In this document: positions 40,406-50,874 of the stretch, piece after piece | Numbering within the stretch: position 1 is the first letter of the stretch | Layout of the letters: the number at the start of each line of letters is the position of its first letter | Origin: Tidjanibacter sp. | Lineage (GTDB): Bacteria; Bacteroidota; Bacteroidia; Bacteroidales; Rikenellaceae | Direction of reading: 5' to 3' | Assembly: GCA_017503465.1 (NCBI GenBank) | Contig: JAFVSY010000109.1 | Coordinates: forward strand, 2,726 to 66,725 | Length of the DNA: 64,000 nucleotides | Made by a program: the position numbers and the translations under genes | The notes under the pieces: model-generated | What the model saw: the letters and a program-made list of their open reading frames with translations, nothing else | Database searches by the model: none | What the model was told of the DNA's origin: nothing

Positions 40406-40478
40406 AGATTTTAGGGAGATTAGAGAATTTGGCAAACCCCTTCTCTAATCTCCCTAAATCTTTCTAACTACTCCCTAC
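40406..40478. repeat. Inverted 9-mer repeat hairpin between convergent genes
   Basis: TTTAGGGAGATTAGAGAA / TTCTCTAATCTCCCTAAA. Confidence 0.7.
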
Positions 40479-40484
40479 CAAGGG

Positions 40485-41258
40485 CTAAAACAACCCTTCG
40501 AGTTGTTTCATTCGCGAGTAGTCGGTGAGGTCCACTTTGATTGGCACAACGGCAATATAGTTGTGTTTGAGAGCCCACTCGTCGGTATCCTCCGCCTCGG
40601 GCTCGTGGTTGCAGAAACTACCCGTGAGCCAGAAGTAGTCGCGCCCGCGAGGGTCTTGGTGGCAGAAAAACTCCTCCTTCCAAAAACCTCTCGTTTGGCG
40701 ACAAATGCGGTGCCCCAAAATCTCCTCGGGGCGAGCCACCGGCACGTTGATGTTCAGACACAGGGGCTCGGTGATGATGAGCCCCAGCATTGCGGGTATT
40801 AGTTTGCGTGCAAAGGCGATGGTGGCATCGAAGTCGGCATCGTGGCTGTGGTCGTCGAGCGAGAGTCCCACCGAGGGGGCCCCATAGAAACTCGCCTCAA
40901 TGGCGGCACCCATAGTGCCCGAGTAGAGCACATTGATTGCCGCATTGCTACCGTGGTTGATGCCGCTGATGTTGAGCGAGGGCTCCAGCCCCAACTTGGG
41001 CAACAACCAATCGTAGGCCATCTTCACACAATCCACGGGGGTGCCGTTGCAGGAGTAGACCTTGATGTGCTCCTCGTCGCGGCGCAGGGTGAGGTAGAGT
41101 GGGTCATACATAGTGATGGCGTGTGCCTTGCCCGACTGTGTGTCGTCGGGGGCAATGGCAATCACGTCGCCAAACTCTGCTGCACACTCCACAATGGCGT
41201 TGAAACCCTTGGCACGATAGCCGTCGTCGTTGCTGATGAATATTACCGGTCGCTTCAT
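40485..41258 (-). CDS. surE: 5'/3'-nucleotidase SurE
   Basis: SNDDG, GTPVDCV, SGINHGSN, YSGTMGAA. Confidence 0.95.
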   Translation of the reverse strand: MKRPVIFISNDDGYRAKGFNAIVECAAEFGDVIAIAPDDTQSGKAHAITMYDPLYLTLRRDEEHIKVYSCNGTPVDCVKMAYDWLLPKLGLEPSLNISGINHGSNAAINVLYSGTMGAAIEASFYGAPSVGLSLDDHSHDADFDATIAFARKLIPAMLGLIITEPLCLNINVPVARPEEILGHRICRQTRGFWKEEFFCHQDPRGRDYFWLTGSFCNHEPEAEDTDEWALKHNYIAVVPIKVDLTDYSRMKQLEGLF

Positions 41259-41413
41259 TCTGTATTTCTATCTTTTTGTCGTTTTCGTGTTTTTCTCCGA
41301 ATTGTTCCACAAAGATAGGCCTCGATTTTCAAAAATCAAAACAGCGAGGGTGCTGCGGAGCCACACTGCCTTCGTGGCAGATACAATAAAATAGGTTTAG
41401 TTTATATGTGTGA

Positions 41414-41460
41414 AGAGGGCCTTCGGCAGCTGATTGCCGAAGGCCCTCTGTTTTTGTTTT
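41414..41460. terminator. 15-bp perfect hairpin between lpxA and surE
   Basis: AGAGGGCCTTCGGCA / TGCCGAAGGCCCTCT with the T tract on the + strand. Confidence 0.55.
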
Positions 41461-41531
41461 GCCCCCTACACCCAAGCGAGGAGGTGGGGCGGACTATTTG
41501 TGCATCTCCACCGAGCGGAGGGTTGTCGGCC

Positions 41532-42374
41532 CTACTCCGAGTCGGCCACAGCCGAGGTGTTGTAGGGTTTGAGGATACCCCTCTTCGACTCGCGGATGAA
41601 ATTAACCACTTGGTCGCGAATCTCGCTCTCGGGGAACTGCGCCATCACAATCTCGCAAGCAGTCGAGTAGGAGTGACCGTCCTGGAAGAGCACGCGGAAG
41701 ATGTCCTGAATCTGCTTAATCTCCTCGTTGGAGAAACCCCTACGGCGGAGGCCAAGGAAGTTGGCACCAACGTAGGTGATGGGGCTGTGGGCAGCCTTAA
41801 CATAGGGGGGAACATCTTTGTTCACATAGGTGTTGGCGGCAATCATTGCGTGGTCACCAATGCGGCTGAACTGGTGTGCGCCGGAGTGGCCACCAAAGAC
41901 CACATAGTTACCGAGCACCACCTCGCCTGCCAGCGACACGTTGTTCACAATCACGCAGTTGTTGCCAATCACGCAGTCGTGTGCGATGTGTGCATAGGCC
42001 ATCACGAGGTTGTTGTTGCCAATCACGGTCTTACCCTTTGCATCGGTACCGCGGTTTACGGTGCAGCACTCGCGGAACATATTGTTGTCGCCAATCTCAC
42101 AAGTGGTGTACTCACCGTGGAATTTCAAATCCTGAGGTACGCCACCGATAACAGCACCGCTGTGCACCTTGCAGTTCTTACCCATACGGGTACCTGCCAT
42201 CACATTTGCGTGGGGACCAATCCAGCAGCCATCGCCGATTACCACATCGTCGTCGATGTAGGCGAAGGGCTCAACGATTACATTCTCTCCCAACTTGGCG
42301 GTTGGGGCCACGTATGCCAAATTACTTACCATAATCTCTTCTATTTTTTCTTTAATAACGTTATTTTCAAACAT
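41532..42374 (-). CDS. lpxA: UDP-N-acetylglucosamine O-acyltransferase
   Basis: Hexapeptide repeats, PQDLKF, NRGT, AHIAHDC, HQF, GLRRRGF. Confidence 0.95.
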   Translation of the reverse strand: MFENNVIKEKIEEIMVSNLAYVAPTAKLGENVIVEPFAYIDDDVVIGDGCWIGPHANVMAGTRMGKNCKVHSGAVIGGVPQDLKFHGEYTTCEIGDNNMFRECCTVNRGTDAKGKTVIGNNNLVMAYAHIAHDCVIGNNCVIVNNVSLAGEVVLGNYVVFGGHSGAHQFSRIGDHAMIAANTYVNKDVPPYVKAAHSPITYVGANFLGLRRRGFSNEEIKQIQDIFRVLFQDGHSYSTACEIVMAQFPESEIRDQVVNFIRESKRGILKPYNTSAVADSE

Positions 42375-43298
42375 TTATTGCCCCTGCTGCGAGGCCATCA
42401 GTTTGGCCAGGCGGGCAGCCATCTGGGTGTTGGCCAGGTGTCCGGGGCGGAGGGCCGTAACCTTACCCTTGATGCGCACGCCGAGCAGCGCGAGGTCGCC
42501 CAGTATGTCGAGCAACTTGTGGCGTGCAATCTCGTTGGGGAAGCGGAGTTCGAGGTGGTTGAGGTAGCCATTCTCAACCTCGATGTTCTCCTTCTTGAAC
42601 ACCTTGCAAATGTGCCTCTTCGACCTCTCGGAGATGGGTTTCTCCACCACCACGATGGCGCTCTCCACACTGCCGCCCTTAATCAGACCGAGGCGCAGCA
42701 GGAGTTCAATCTCGTGGAGGAAGACAAAGGTGCGGCAGGGGGCTATCTCGGCGGCAAAGTCCACACTCTTGTCGTAGTGTGCAAACTGCCTGCCAACCAC
42801 CTGCGAACTGTAGTCGGCGGTGAGGTCCACGGAGTACTCCTCGGCGGGCTCCACCACAATCTCCACACCCCTCTTCTCAATCGCAAAGGTTACCTTCTCG
42901 GGCACCTCAAAGTATCGCCTCTCGGCCTCGAGTTCCACTATGCCAACCCTCGCAATTTCGGCCACATAGGCCTTTGCGGAGCCATCCATAATGGGCACCT
43001 CGGGGGCGTCAATCTCCACCACAGCATTGTCCACACCCATAGTCCACAGCGAAGCCATAAGGTGCTCGATGGTCGAAACCTTTGCTTTGCCCTGCTTGAT
43101 GGTGGTACCTCTGGCGGTGTCGGTAACGAACTGTGCCAAGGCGGGGACTTCGGGTTGCCCCTTTATATCTACGCGCCTGAAAACTATGCCCCTATCGGCC
43201 TCGGCAGGCAAGACCTCCATCGTAACGATGGCACCTGTGTGCAAGCCCTTGCCACTGAACCTAATCGGAGCACCTATTGTGGTTTGTTTACAAGACAT
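42375..43298 (-). CDS. lpxC: UDP-3-O-acyl-GlcNAc deacetylase, stand-alone (no FabZ domain)
   Basis: GKGLHTG, TIEHL, PIMDGSA, RTF, HKLLD..GDL, GH..N. Confidence 0.92.
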   Translation of the reverse strand: MSCKQTTIGAPIRFSGKGLHTGAIVTMEVLPAEADRGIVFRRVDIKGQPEVPALAQFVTDTARGTTIKQGKAKVSTIEHLMASLWTMGVDNAVVEIDAPEVPIMDGSAKAYVAEIARVGIVELEAERRYFEVPEKVTFAIEKRGVEIVVEPAEEYSVDLTADYSSQVVGRQFAHYDKSVDFAAEIAPCRTFVFLHEIELLLRLGLIKGGSVESAIVVVEKPISERSKRHICKVFKKENIEVENGYLNHLELRFPNEIARHKLLDILGDLALLGVRIKGKVTALRPGHLANTQMAARLAKLMASQQGQ

Positions 43299-43434
43299 CT
43301 CTCTCTTTCTCTCTTCTACTCTCTTTCTGCTACTGACCTATTAGGTCAAAAATTAGTCCACAAAGGTACACATTTTTTCAAATAAAGCAGTATCTTTGCT
43401 TGTTTTCTTCCTCAAAACGCTTTTTTCAGCAAAA

Positions 43435-44220
43435 ATGTCGGACAACGAAAAGAAAATCAGGCGCCCACGGCTCGACCTCCCCTTCCGAAAAAGGAGGTTC
43501 GACCCCATCATCTGGGTCTACGACCACAGGGTGGCCATCGTCAGCACGGTGGTTGCCTATGTGCTCTTTGGCATTGCCTTCGTTGCGGCCGACATTGTGG
43601 TCAGCCGAGAGAGTGGCGAGGGAGAGATTATGATTGACCTCACCGACTTGGAGAAGTTGCAGGAGGAACTCGAAAGGGCACAGGAACTCAACCGACTGCT
43701 CAACGAGCAGTATGAGGAGAGCGAGGCCACAAACCAAATCTCCAACGAAAACGCCCTCGATGAGAGCCTTGAGGACCATCGCACCGATGCTTCCAAACTC
43801 TATGGCGAGGCCGAGCGAGTGCAGGAACGAGTGCGCCAAAATGCCAAGGCCTATGCCGCAGGACTTGAGGCCGAGCAAAAACTCCTCAACCGACACTACG
43901 AGGGCGAGGGCGAGATTGAGAACAAGAAGGTGAAGGGCAAAGTAACCGTCTCCTACTCGCTCAACAACCCCGTGCGCCACGCCTTGAGGATGCCCGTACC
44001 GGCCTATATGTGTCAGGGCGGAGGCGAGGTGGTGGTAAACATCGTGGTCAATCGCAACGGAGAGGTGCTTGAGGCCAAGATAGACGACTCGCTCTCGGAG
44101 CCAAACAGTTGCTTGCGCGAGGCTGCGCTCGCCAAGGCGGCAGACTCGTTCTTTAATGCCGACACCTCGGCACCGGCACGACAGCGGGGCACAATCACCT
44201 ACCTGTTCATCTCGCAATAG
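43435..44220 (+). CDS. TonB-like energy transducer family protein
   Basis: N-terminal TM helix, charged linker, C-terminal G.VVV.IVVNRNG.V...QRGTITY.F; promoter TATCTTTG at 43391. Confidence 0.7.
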   Translation: MSDNEKKIRRPRLDLPFRKRRFDPIIWVYDHRVAIVSTVVAYVLFGIAFVAADIVVSRESGEGEIMIDLTDLEKLQEELERAQELNRLLNEQYEESEATNQISNENALDESLEDHRTDASKLYGEAERVQERVRQNAKAYAAGLEAEQKLLNRHYEGEGEIENKKVKGKVTVSYSLNNPVRHALRMPVPAYMCQGGGEVVVNIVVNRNGEVLEAKIDDSLSEPNSCLREAALAKAADSFFNADTSAPARQRGTITYLFISQ

Positions 44221-44277
44221 GCGTTGGGGCAATCCGCACCCCCAGAAAAACCAACAACACACTCAACTTACTCGATT

Positions 44278-45786
44278 ATGATACTAAGCACCGGAAACAT
44301 TCTTTTGGTTGGTTCAATACTCCTCTTTGTGGGCATTGTGGCCGGCAAGGTCAGTGGCCGCTTCGGCACCCCGATGCTGCTTCTGTTCCTTGTGGTGGGT
44401 ATGCTCTTCGGCACCGATGGTGTGGGTATTGAGTTCGACAGTTTTGAGGTTACGCAATTTGTGGGTATGGTTGCCCTGAGCGTCATCCTCTTTTCGGGTG
44501 GTATGGACACCTCGCTGGGCGACATTCGCCCCGTCATCAAGGAGGGTGTCATTCTGGCCACCCTCGGCGTGTTGCTCACGGCCCTGCTTACGGGCTGCTT
44601 CATCTACCTTGTGGGCGGATGGTTTGGCCTCAATGTTCCTTTCCCCGTGGCCCTGCTCATTGCGGCGGTGATGTCCTCAACCGACTCGGCCTCTGTGTTT
44701 GCCATCCTGCGTAGCAAGAAGCAGGGACTGTCGCAAAACATTCGCCCCCTGCTGGAGCTGGAGAGCGGAAGTAACGACCCTATGGCCTACATCCTCACCG
44801 TAATGCTCATACAAGTGGCCACCGGCACCGAGGAGGGCTCTGCTTGGCAGGTGGTGCTGACCTTCCTCAAGCAGATGGGCATTGGTGCCCTCTCCGGCTA
44901 TCTGCTGGCGGAGTTGGCAGCGAGGATTATCAACCGCATCAACATCGGCAACAAGTCGCTCTACTCCACCCTGCTGCTCTCGCTCGTCTTTTTCACCTAC
45001 TCCTTCACGGACCTTATTGGCGGCAACGGCTACCTTGCAGTCTACATTGCGGGTATCGTTATGGGCAACAAAAAGCTCAGCTACAAGCGCACCCTTTCGA
45101 CCTTTTTTGATGGTGTTACGTGGCTGTTCCAGATTGTGATGTTCTTGATGTTGGGCCTGCTTGTGAACCCCCACGAGCTGATTGACATCGCCCCCGTGGG
45201 CTTGCTCATTGGCGTCTTTATGATTGCCGTGGCAAGGCCTCTGGCGGTCATCATCTCGCTGCTGCCCTCGGGCAAGAAGTTTACCCGCAAGGCCAAGGCC
45301 TACATTTCGTGGGTTGGTTTGCGCGGTGCGGCACCCATTTTGTTTGCCACCTACCCGAAGTTGGCCGGACTTGACCCCGACAACACCATCTTCAACATTG
45401 TCTTTTTCATCACCATCATCTCGCTCTTGGTGCAGGGTACCACGGTGAGCAGTATGGCCGAGGTGTTGGGGGTGTCGGCTCGGAGTCCGGAGCAGGGTTT
45501 TGACATCGACCTGCCGGACGAAATCAAAGCCGACCTCACCGAGGTGGAGGTTACGGAGGATAACAACGAGGGTAAGACCCTCAAGGAGATAACCCTGCCC
45601 GAAAAGACACTCATTATGATGATTCGCCGCGAGGGGCGTTATATCATTCCCAATGGTAGCACCGTTCTCAAAAAGGGCGACCTGCTGCTGCTCATCTCGG
45701 AGGACGCCCAGGAGCACTCCACCGAAATTCAGCGAAAGGGCAAGTTTGCCCTCTGGCGACACATCAAGGATTTTATTAAGAGCTAA
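44278..45786 (+). CDS. cvrA: K+/H+ antiporter NhaP2/CvrA with TrkA-C domain
   Basis: SSTDSASVF, LELESGSNDPMA, WVGLRGA.PI. Confidence 0.9.
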   Translation: MILSTGNILLVGSILLFVGIVAGKVSGRFGTPMLLLFLVVGMLFGTDGVGIEFDSFEVTQFVGMVALSVILFSGGMDTSLGDIRPVIKEGVILATLGVLLTALLTGCFIYLVGGWFGLNVPFPVALLIAAVMSSTDSASVFAILRSKKQGLSQNIRPLLELESGSNDPMAYILTVMLIQVATGTEEGSAWQVVLTFLKQMGIGALSGYLLAELAARIINRINIGNKSLYSTLLLSLVFFTYSFTDLIGGNGYLAVYIAGIVMGNKKLSYKRTLSTFFDGVTWLFQIVMFLMLGLLVNPHELIDIAPVGLLIGVFMIAVARPLAVIISLLPSGKKFTRKAKAYISWVGLRGAAPILFATYPKLAGLDPDNTIFNIVFFITIISLLVQGTTVSSMAEVLGVSARSPEQGFDIDLPDEIKADLTEVEVTEDNNEGKTLKEITLPEKTLIMMIRREGRYIIPNGSTVLKKGDLLLLISEDAQEHSTEIQRKGKFALWRHIKDFIKS

Positions 45787-45819
45787 ACGCTGATTGCCGA
45801 AAACTGACAACTGACAACT

Positions 45820-47046
45820 ATGGATAAGGGTTTTTTTCTGCGCTGGATGACCGACCTGCTGAATTGGTTGGGGCTGAATTCGGCCGATGGCGGCTTCAAG
45901 TCGTTGGCGGCTGCGCTGGTGGTGATTGTGTGCTGTGGGCTGGTGTGGTGGCTGGTGCGCTTTGTTCTGCTGCGCACCGTGCGCCTGAAGGAGAAAATTT
46001 CCGCCCCCTACATCCACCTTATCTTTGATGCCAAGAACCTCAAAAAGATAGCACTCACCGTGTCGGTGCTGCTATTCTACATCCTCCTGCCACTCGCCTT
46101 TGACCCTGCCACCGACCTTGGTAGGATTGTGAAGAAGGGGCTCGACATTGTGTTGGTGTGGATGTTCACAAGTGTTTTGAACTCGGCTGTGCGCACCATC
46201 TTTGAGATTATCTACAAGAAGCGACAATCCACCGGCCAGCCACTCAAGGGCTTTATGCAGGTCATCCAGATTGTCCTCTGGTGTGTGGCTATCATCATCA
46301 TTATCTCCATTCTGATTAACAAGTCGCCCACCAAACTGTTTACCGGCTTGGGTGCAAGTTTGGCGGTGTTGAGTTTTGTGTTCAAAGACACCATCCTCAA
46401 CCTTGTGTCGGGCATTTTGCTCTCGAGCGACAAGATGATAAAAGTGGGCGATTGGATAGAGATGCCCTCGGCGGGTATCGACGGTGTGGTGATTGATATG
46501 ACCCTCAACACCATCAAGGTGCGCGGATGGGACAACACCATCTCCAACGTGAGCCCCTATACGCTCACTTCGGGCACCTTCAAGAATTGGCAGGGTATGT
46601 TCGCATCGGGCGGCAGGCGCATTGCCCGCTATGTGGAGATAGACATCAACACGGTGAAGTTCTGCACCGAGGAACTGCTGGAGCGCATTGCCAAGGTGGA
46701 ACTTATGGCCGAGGTGGTGGCCAACCTGCCCCTGCCCCGCAACCAAAACTCCAACCTTGAACTCTTCCGCCTCTACATTGAGCGTTACATCGAGCAACAA
46801 CCGTGGCTCAACAAGGATATGATACATATGGTGCGCCACCTGCAATCGTCAGACACGGGTGTGCCACTCCAGATTTACGCCTTCACGAGCACCACGGTGT
46901 GGGTGGAGTATGAGCGCATACAGGCGGCTCTCTTTGAGCACATTATGGCCATTGCGCCTCTGTTTGACATCAAGATATTCCAGCGTCCCTCGGGTGGCGA
47001 CCTCGAGAAGAAAGCCACCATCGAAGAGATTGAAGCGATAGTGTGA
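45820..47046 (+). CDS. MscS family mechanosensitive channel (YbdG-like)
   Basis: FKDTIL..VSGI, GDWIEMP, FKNWQGM..SGGRRI. Confidence 0.9.
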   Translation: MDKGFFLRWMTDLLNWLGLNSADGGFKSLAAALVVIVCCGLVWWLVRFVLLRTVRLKEKISAPYIHLIFDAKNLKKIALTVSVLLFYILLPLAFDPATDLGRIVKKGLDIVLVWMFTSVLNSAVRTIFEIIYKKRQSTGQPLKGFMQVIQIVLWCVAIIIIISILINKSPTKLFTGLGASLAVLSFVFKDTILNLVSGILLSSDKMIKVGDWIEMPSAGIDGVVIDMTLNTIKVRGWDNTISNVSPYTLTSGTFKNWQGMFASGGRRIARYVEIDINTVKFCTEELLERIAKVELMAEVVANLPLPRNQNSNLELFRLYIERYIEQQPWLNKDMIHMVRHLQSSDTGVPLQIYAFTSTTVWVEYERIQAALFEHIMAIAPLFDIKIFQRPSGGDLEKKATIEEIEAIV

Positions 47047-47077
47047 GAAGAGGAAGAAAAACAGCTAACGGCTAACT

Positions 47078-47584
47078 ATGACCGTTTGTTTCACAGGGCA
47101 TAGGCCGGAGAAGATTTCCGGGTGGGCACATTCGCCCGAGGTGGTTGAGCAGACCATCCGCAGGGCTGTGGCCGAGGAGATTGTGCGCCAAAGCGGACTG
47201 GGAGCCGAGGAGTTCATCAGTGGTATGGCCCCCGGCTTTGACCTATGGGCAGCCGACGAGGTGGTGCGCCTGCGCAGCGAGGGAGTTATCAGCCCCACCA
47301 CAAAACTCACCCTCGCCATACCCTACCCCCGTTTCGAGCGCTCCTTCGACAGCCAACACCACCCTCTCTACAACCACCTTGTGGAGTGCGCCGACGAGGT
47401 GCTCTTTGTGAGCCCCCACTACCACAAAGGGTGCTATGCTATGCGCAACGACCTACTCGCCGAGAGGGCCGACACCCTCGTGGCCTACTATGAGGGTACC
47501 GAGGGCGGCACACGCTACACTCTGCGTCGAGGGCAACGCCTCGGCCGAAAGTGTGTGAACCTACACCAAGGCGACCTTTTTTGA
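47078..47584 (+). CDS. SLOG family protein (YspA/DUF1273-like)
   Basis: CFTGHRP, SGMAPGFDLWAA, RN...., GGT.YT. Confidence 0.85.
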   Translation: MTVCFTGHRPEKISGWAHSPEVVEQTIRRAVAEEIVRQSGLGAEEFISGMAPGFDLWAADEVVRLRSEGVISPTTKLTLAIPYPRFERSFDSQHHPLYNHLVECADEVLFVSPHYHKGCYAMRNDLLAERADTLVAYYEGTEGGTRYTLRRGQRLGRKCVNLHQGDLF

Positions 47585-47641
47585 TATTCGGAAAAAAGTC
47601 GTACCTTTGCTACAAACAGAAGATAATCAGCAAGCCGCACA

Positions 47642-48379
47642 ATGTTCAGTTTTTTCAAAAAGAAGGTCTACCTCTGCGACCTCTTGGAGGATTTCCACGA
47701 TGTCCACAGCCACCTGCTGTGGGGCGTGGATGATGGTGCCCACAAGCAGGACTCCACCGACCGCATTGCCGCAGAGTTGGTAAACTTGGGCTTCTCCCAC
47801 GTCTACCTCACTCCCCACATCATCTATGGTTGCTATGACAATCAGACCTCCGAAACGCTCAAAGCCCGCTTTGCCGAACTTGTGCCCTACGAGGGTTTGG
47901 AGTATAGGCTTGCTGCGGAGTACTTTTTGGACGAAAAGTTCAGCCAACACCTGACCGAGCCCGACAAAATGCTCACCCTGGCAGGCAACCACATCTTGGT
48001 GGAGTATGGCTTGCAGGCCACCCGTGCGGAGCACTTGGATATGCTCTTTGAGGCTTCGCTGGCGGGGCTGAAAATCATCGTTGCCCACCCCGAGCGTTAC
48101 GCCTTTGCCTTTGATGGGCGCAATATGTACGAGATTGAGAAGCTGACCTCCAAGGGCTATGCGCTCCAACTCAATATGCTCTCGCTACTCGGCAAGCACG
48201 GTCCGAAGGTAAAGAGCATTGCCGAGGAGTTGCTGCTCAAGGGCAGGTACACCTTCCTCGGTAGCGACACCCACTCGCGCACCTACACCCAAGCAATCAA
48301 GGAGGGCACAATCTCCCCCAAGGTGGCCGAGGCTCTCAAACCACTCATTGCTAACAACAAGGAAATACTATGGAAATAA
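47642..48379 (+). CDS. CpsB/CapC-like PHP protein-tyrosine phosphatase
   Basis: DVHSHLL.GVDDG, TPH, AHPERY, GSDTH. Confidence 0.9.
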   Translation: MFSFFKKKVYLCDLLEDFHDVHSHLLWGVDDGAHKQDSTDRIAAELVNLGFSHVYLTPHIIYGCYDNQTSETLKARFAELVPYEGLEYRLAAEYFLDEKFSQHLTEPDKMLTLAGNHILVEYGLQATRAEHLDMLFEASLAGLKIIVAHPERYAFAFDGRNMYEIEKLTSKGYALQLNMLSLLGKHGPKVKSIAEELLLKGRYTFLGSDTHSRTYTQAIKEGTISPKVAEALKPLIANNKEILWK

Positions 48380-49011
48380 ACGCTCTTTCGCTTGTGCTTA
48401 CCCTCGTTGGTGCCTACTTGCTGGGCTCCATACCAAGTGCGGTGTGGATTGGCAAGGCCTTTTATGGTGTGGATGTGAGGGAACACGGTAGCGGTAATGC
48501 CGGCACCACAAATGTGATGAGGGTGTTGGGCAAGAAGGCCGCCCTGCCGGTCTTTGTAATTGACGCCTTGAAGGGCTATGCGGCAGTGTCGTTGGCTGCG
48601 TGGAGTTCGGTGCCCGCGGAGAGTGGTGGCTATCTCTATGTGAAAATTGCTCTCTGCCTGTTGGCAGTGGTGGGGCATATGTTCCCCGTGTTTGCGGGCT
48701 TCAAGGGAGGCAAGGGCGTTGCCACGCTGGTGGGTGCGATGTTCGGCTTCTCGGTGGGAGGTATCCTGCTGGCCTTTGCGACCTTCCTTGTGGTTGTGGC
48801 CTACACAAAATATGTGTCGGTGGGCAGCCTCACGGGTGGCACCCTGTTACCCTTCTATGCGGCCCTGTGTGGGCAGAGCGATTGGAGGCTGATGCTCTTC
48901 TATGCGGTGGTTGCCTTGCTGCTCTTCTACACCCACCGCTCCAACATCGCGCGTTTGCTGCAAGGCACCGAAAACAAAACATATCTTTTTGGGCATCGTA
49001 AATCGGAGTAG
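48370..49011 (+). CDS. plsY: Glycerol-3-phosphate acyltransferase PlsY
   Basis: GSIP, GSGNAGTTN..R, GH.FP...FKGGKGVAT, HRSNI.RL. Confidence 0.95.
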   Translation: MEINALSLVLTLVGAYLLGSIPSAVWIGKAFYGVDVREHGSGNAGTTNVMRVLGKKAALPVFVIDALKGYAAVSLAAWSSVPAESGGYLYVKIALCLLAVVGHMFPVFAGFKGGKGVATLVGAMFGFSVGGILLAFATFLVVVAYTKYVSVGSLTGGTLLPFYAALCGQSDWRLMLFYAVVALLLFYTHRSNIARLLQGTENKTYLFGHRKSE

Positions 49012-49200
49012 GCGCAAAAGACCGTTAACCGACACAAAACGAAGGGTTGAACAAAAATAGCAGCGAGTGGGGGCCCAAACAAAACCTCCACTCGCTTGCT
49101 TTTAGTGTTCCCTTTTTCCCTAAAAACATTGGCTATTGGGGAGTTTTCGTATCTTTGCCCCCGATTTGCCACAAAACTTTTTAACATAAACCAACAATTT

Positions 49201-50862
49201 ATGCTACAAGAGAACTTAATCAGAATTTATCAGGAGAGCTTCCGCAACAACCGCGAACTGCCTGCCCTGACCGACTATTTCAAGAAAGAGACCTTTTCGT
49301 ACTACGAGATGGCCAAGGAGATTGCAAAACTGCACCTCCTCTTTGAGCACTGCGGCATAGAGAAGGGCGACAAAATCGCTCTCATTGGCCGTAATAACCC
49401 CCGCTGGGTGATTACCTACGTTGCTACCATCACCTATGGTGCCGTCATCGTGCCCATCTTGCAGGACTTCAACCCCAACGACATCAACCACATCATCAAC
49501 CACTCCGAGTCGAAACTTCTCTTCCTGGGCGACAACTTCTGGGATGTGATTGAGGAGGATAGGGTGCTGGGCATCAAGGCAGCATTCTCGCTCACCGACT
49601 ACCGCTGTATCTACGAGCGCGACGGCGAGGAGATTGGCACCTTCCAGCGCAACATCATCAAGCACTACCGCGTGCGCTACCCGCAGGGCTTTTCGGCCAG
49701 CGACATTGTCTACCCCGAGGTGGGCAACGACGAGGTGTGCTTGCTGAGCTACACCAGTGGCTCCACCGGCTTCAGCAAGGGTGTGATGCTCACGGTGAAC
49801 AACCTCACCACCCAGCTGATGTATGTGCTGCCCAAAAAGTACCACTTCCGTGGCTCGAGGGTTTTGTGCTTCCTGCCACTTGCCCACGCCTATGGTTGCG
49901 CCATCGATATGCTCTGCTCGCTCGGAGCCGGCACCCACGTAACCCTGCTGGGTAGGATTCCTTCGCCCAAGATTCTCATTGAGGCTATGGGTGAGGTGAG
50001 GCCCCACGTCATCTGCTCGGTGCCTATGATTATTGAGAAGGTGGTGAAGAAGCAGATTTTTCCCATCATTGGTAGCGGTCTGATGAAAACGGCGCTTCAG
50101 ATTCCGCTCATCGACAACGTGATTTATACCCAGATTCGCAAGAAACTGATGACCACCCTCGGTGGCGAGTTCTACGAGTTTATTGTGGGTGGTGCTGCCC
50201 TCAACCCCGATGTTGAGGAGTTCCTCCACCGCATCAAATTCCCCATCACCGTGGGCTATGGTATGACCGAGTGCGGCCCCCTTGTCAGCCACCGACTCTA
50301 CACCGATGGCTACGTTCCCGGTTCGGCCGGCCAACTGCTGTCCGACTTCTGCGAGTGCAAGATTCTCTCACCCGACCCGGCCAACATCCCCGGCGAAATT
50401 CTCATCCGTGGCGAGCAGGTGATGAAGGGATACTACAAAAACCCCGAGGCTACAGCCGAGGCCATCGACGAGGAGGGTTGGTTGCACACGGGCGATATGG
50501 GTACCATTGATGCCGAGCAGAACATCTTCCTGCGTGGTCGCAGCAAGACAATGATTCTGATGGCCGGTGGTCAGAACATCTACCCCGAAGAGATTGAGGC
50601 CAAACTCAACAACCTTGCCTACGTGTTGGAGAGCCTTGTTGTGGAGCGCGAGGGCAAACTCGTAGCCATTGTGGTGCCCGACTACGAGCAGCTCGACGCT
50701 GCGGGTATTCCCAACTCGCAGTTGCAGGAGATTATGAACGAAACGCTCAAGGAGCTCAACACGCTGGTTGGAAGCTACGAGAGGATTTCCGCCATCGAGT
50801 TGCGCCCCACCGAGTTTGAGAAAACCCCCAAGAAGTCCATCAGGCGCTTCTTGTACCGATAG
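49201..50862 (+). CDS. AMP-binding long-chain fatty acid ligase (acyl-CoA or acyl-ACP synthetase)
   Basis: YTSGSTG.SKGV, GYGMTECGP, GWLHTGDMG, GQNIYPEEIE. Confidence 0.9.
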   Translation: MLQENLIRIYQESFRNNRELPALTDYFKKETFSYYEMAKEIAKLHLLFEHCGIEKGDKIALIGRNNPRWVITYVATITYGAVIVPILQDFNPNDINHIINHSESKLLFLGDNFWDVIEEDRVLGIKAAFSLTDYRCIYERDGEEIGTFQRNIIKHYRVRYPQGFSASDIVYPEVGNDEVCLLSYTSGSTGFSKGVMLTVNNLTTQLMYVLPKKYHFRGSRVLCFLPLAHAYGCAIDMLCSLGAGTHVTLLGRIPSPKILIEAMGEVRPHVICSVPMIIEKVVKKQIFPIIGSGLMKTALQIPLIDNVIYTQIRKKLMTTLGGEFYEFIVGGAALNPDVEEFLHRIKFPITVGYGMTECGPLVSHRLYTDGYVPGSAGQLLSDFCECKILSPDPANIPGEILIRGEQVMKGYYKNPEATAEAIDEEGWLHTGDMGTIDAEQNIFLRGRSKTMILMAGGQNIYPEEIEAKLNNLAYVLESLVVEREGKLVAIVVPDYEQLDAAGIPNSQLQEIMNETLKELNTLVGSYERISAIELRPTEFEKTPKKSIRRFLYR

Positions 50863-50874
50863 CCGTTTTGCACA

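Noticed and set aside
47078-47584. SLOG protein as part of an anti-phage system
   Set aside because: It is a stand-alone YspA-like gene among housekeeping genes, with no effector partner.
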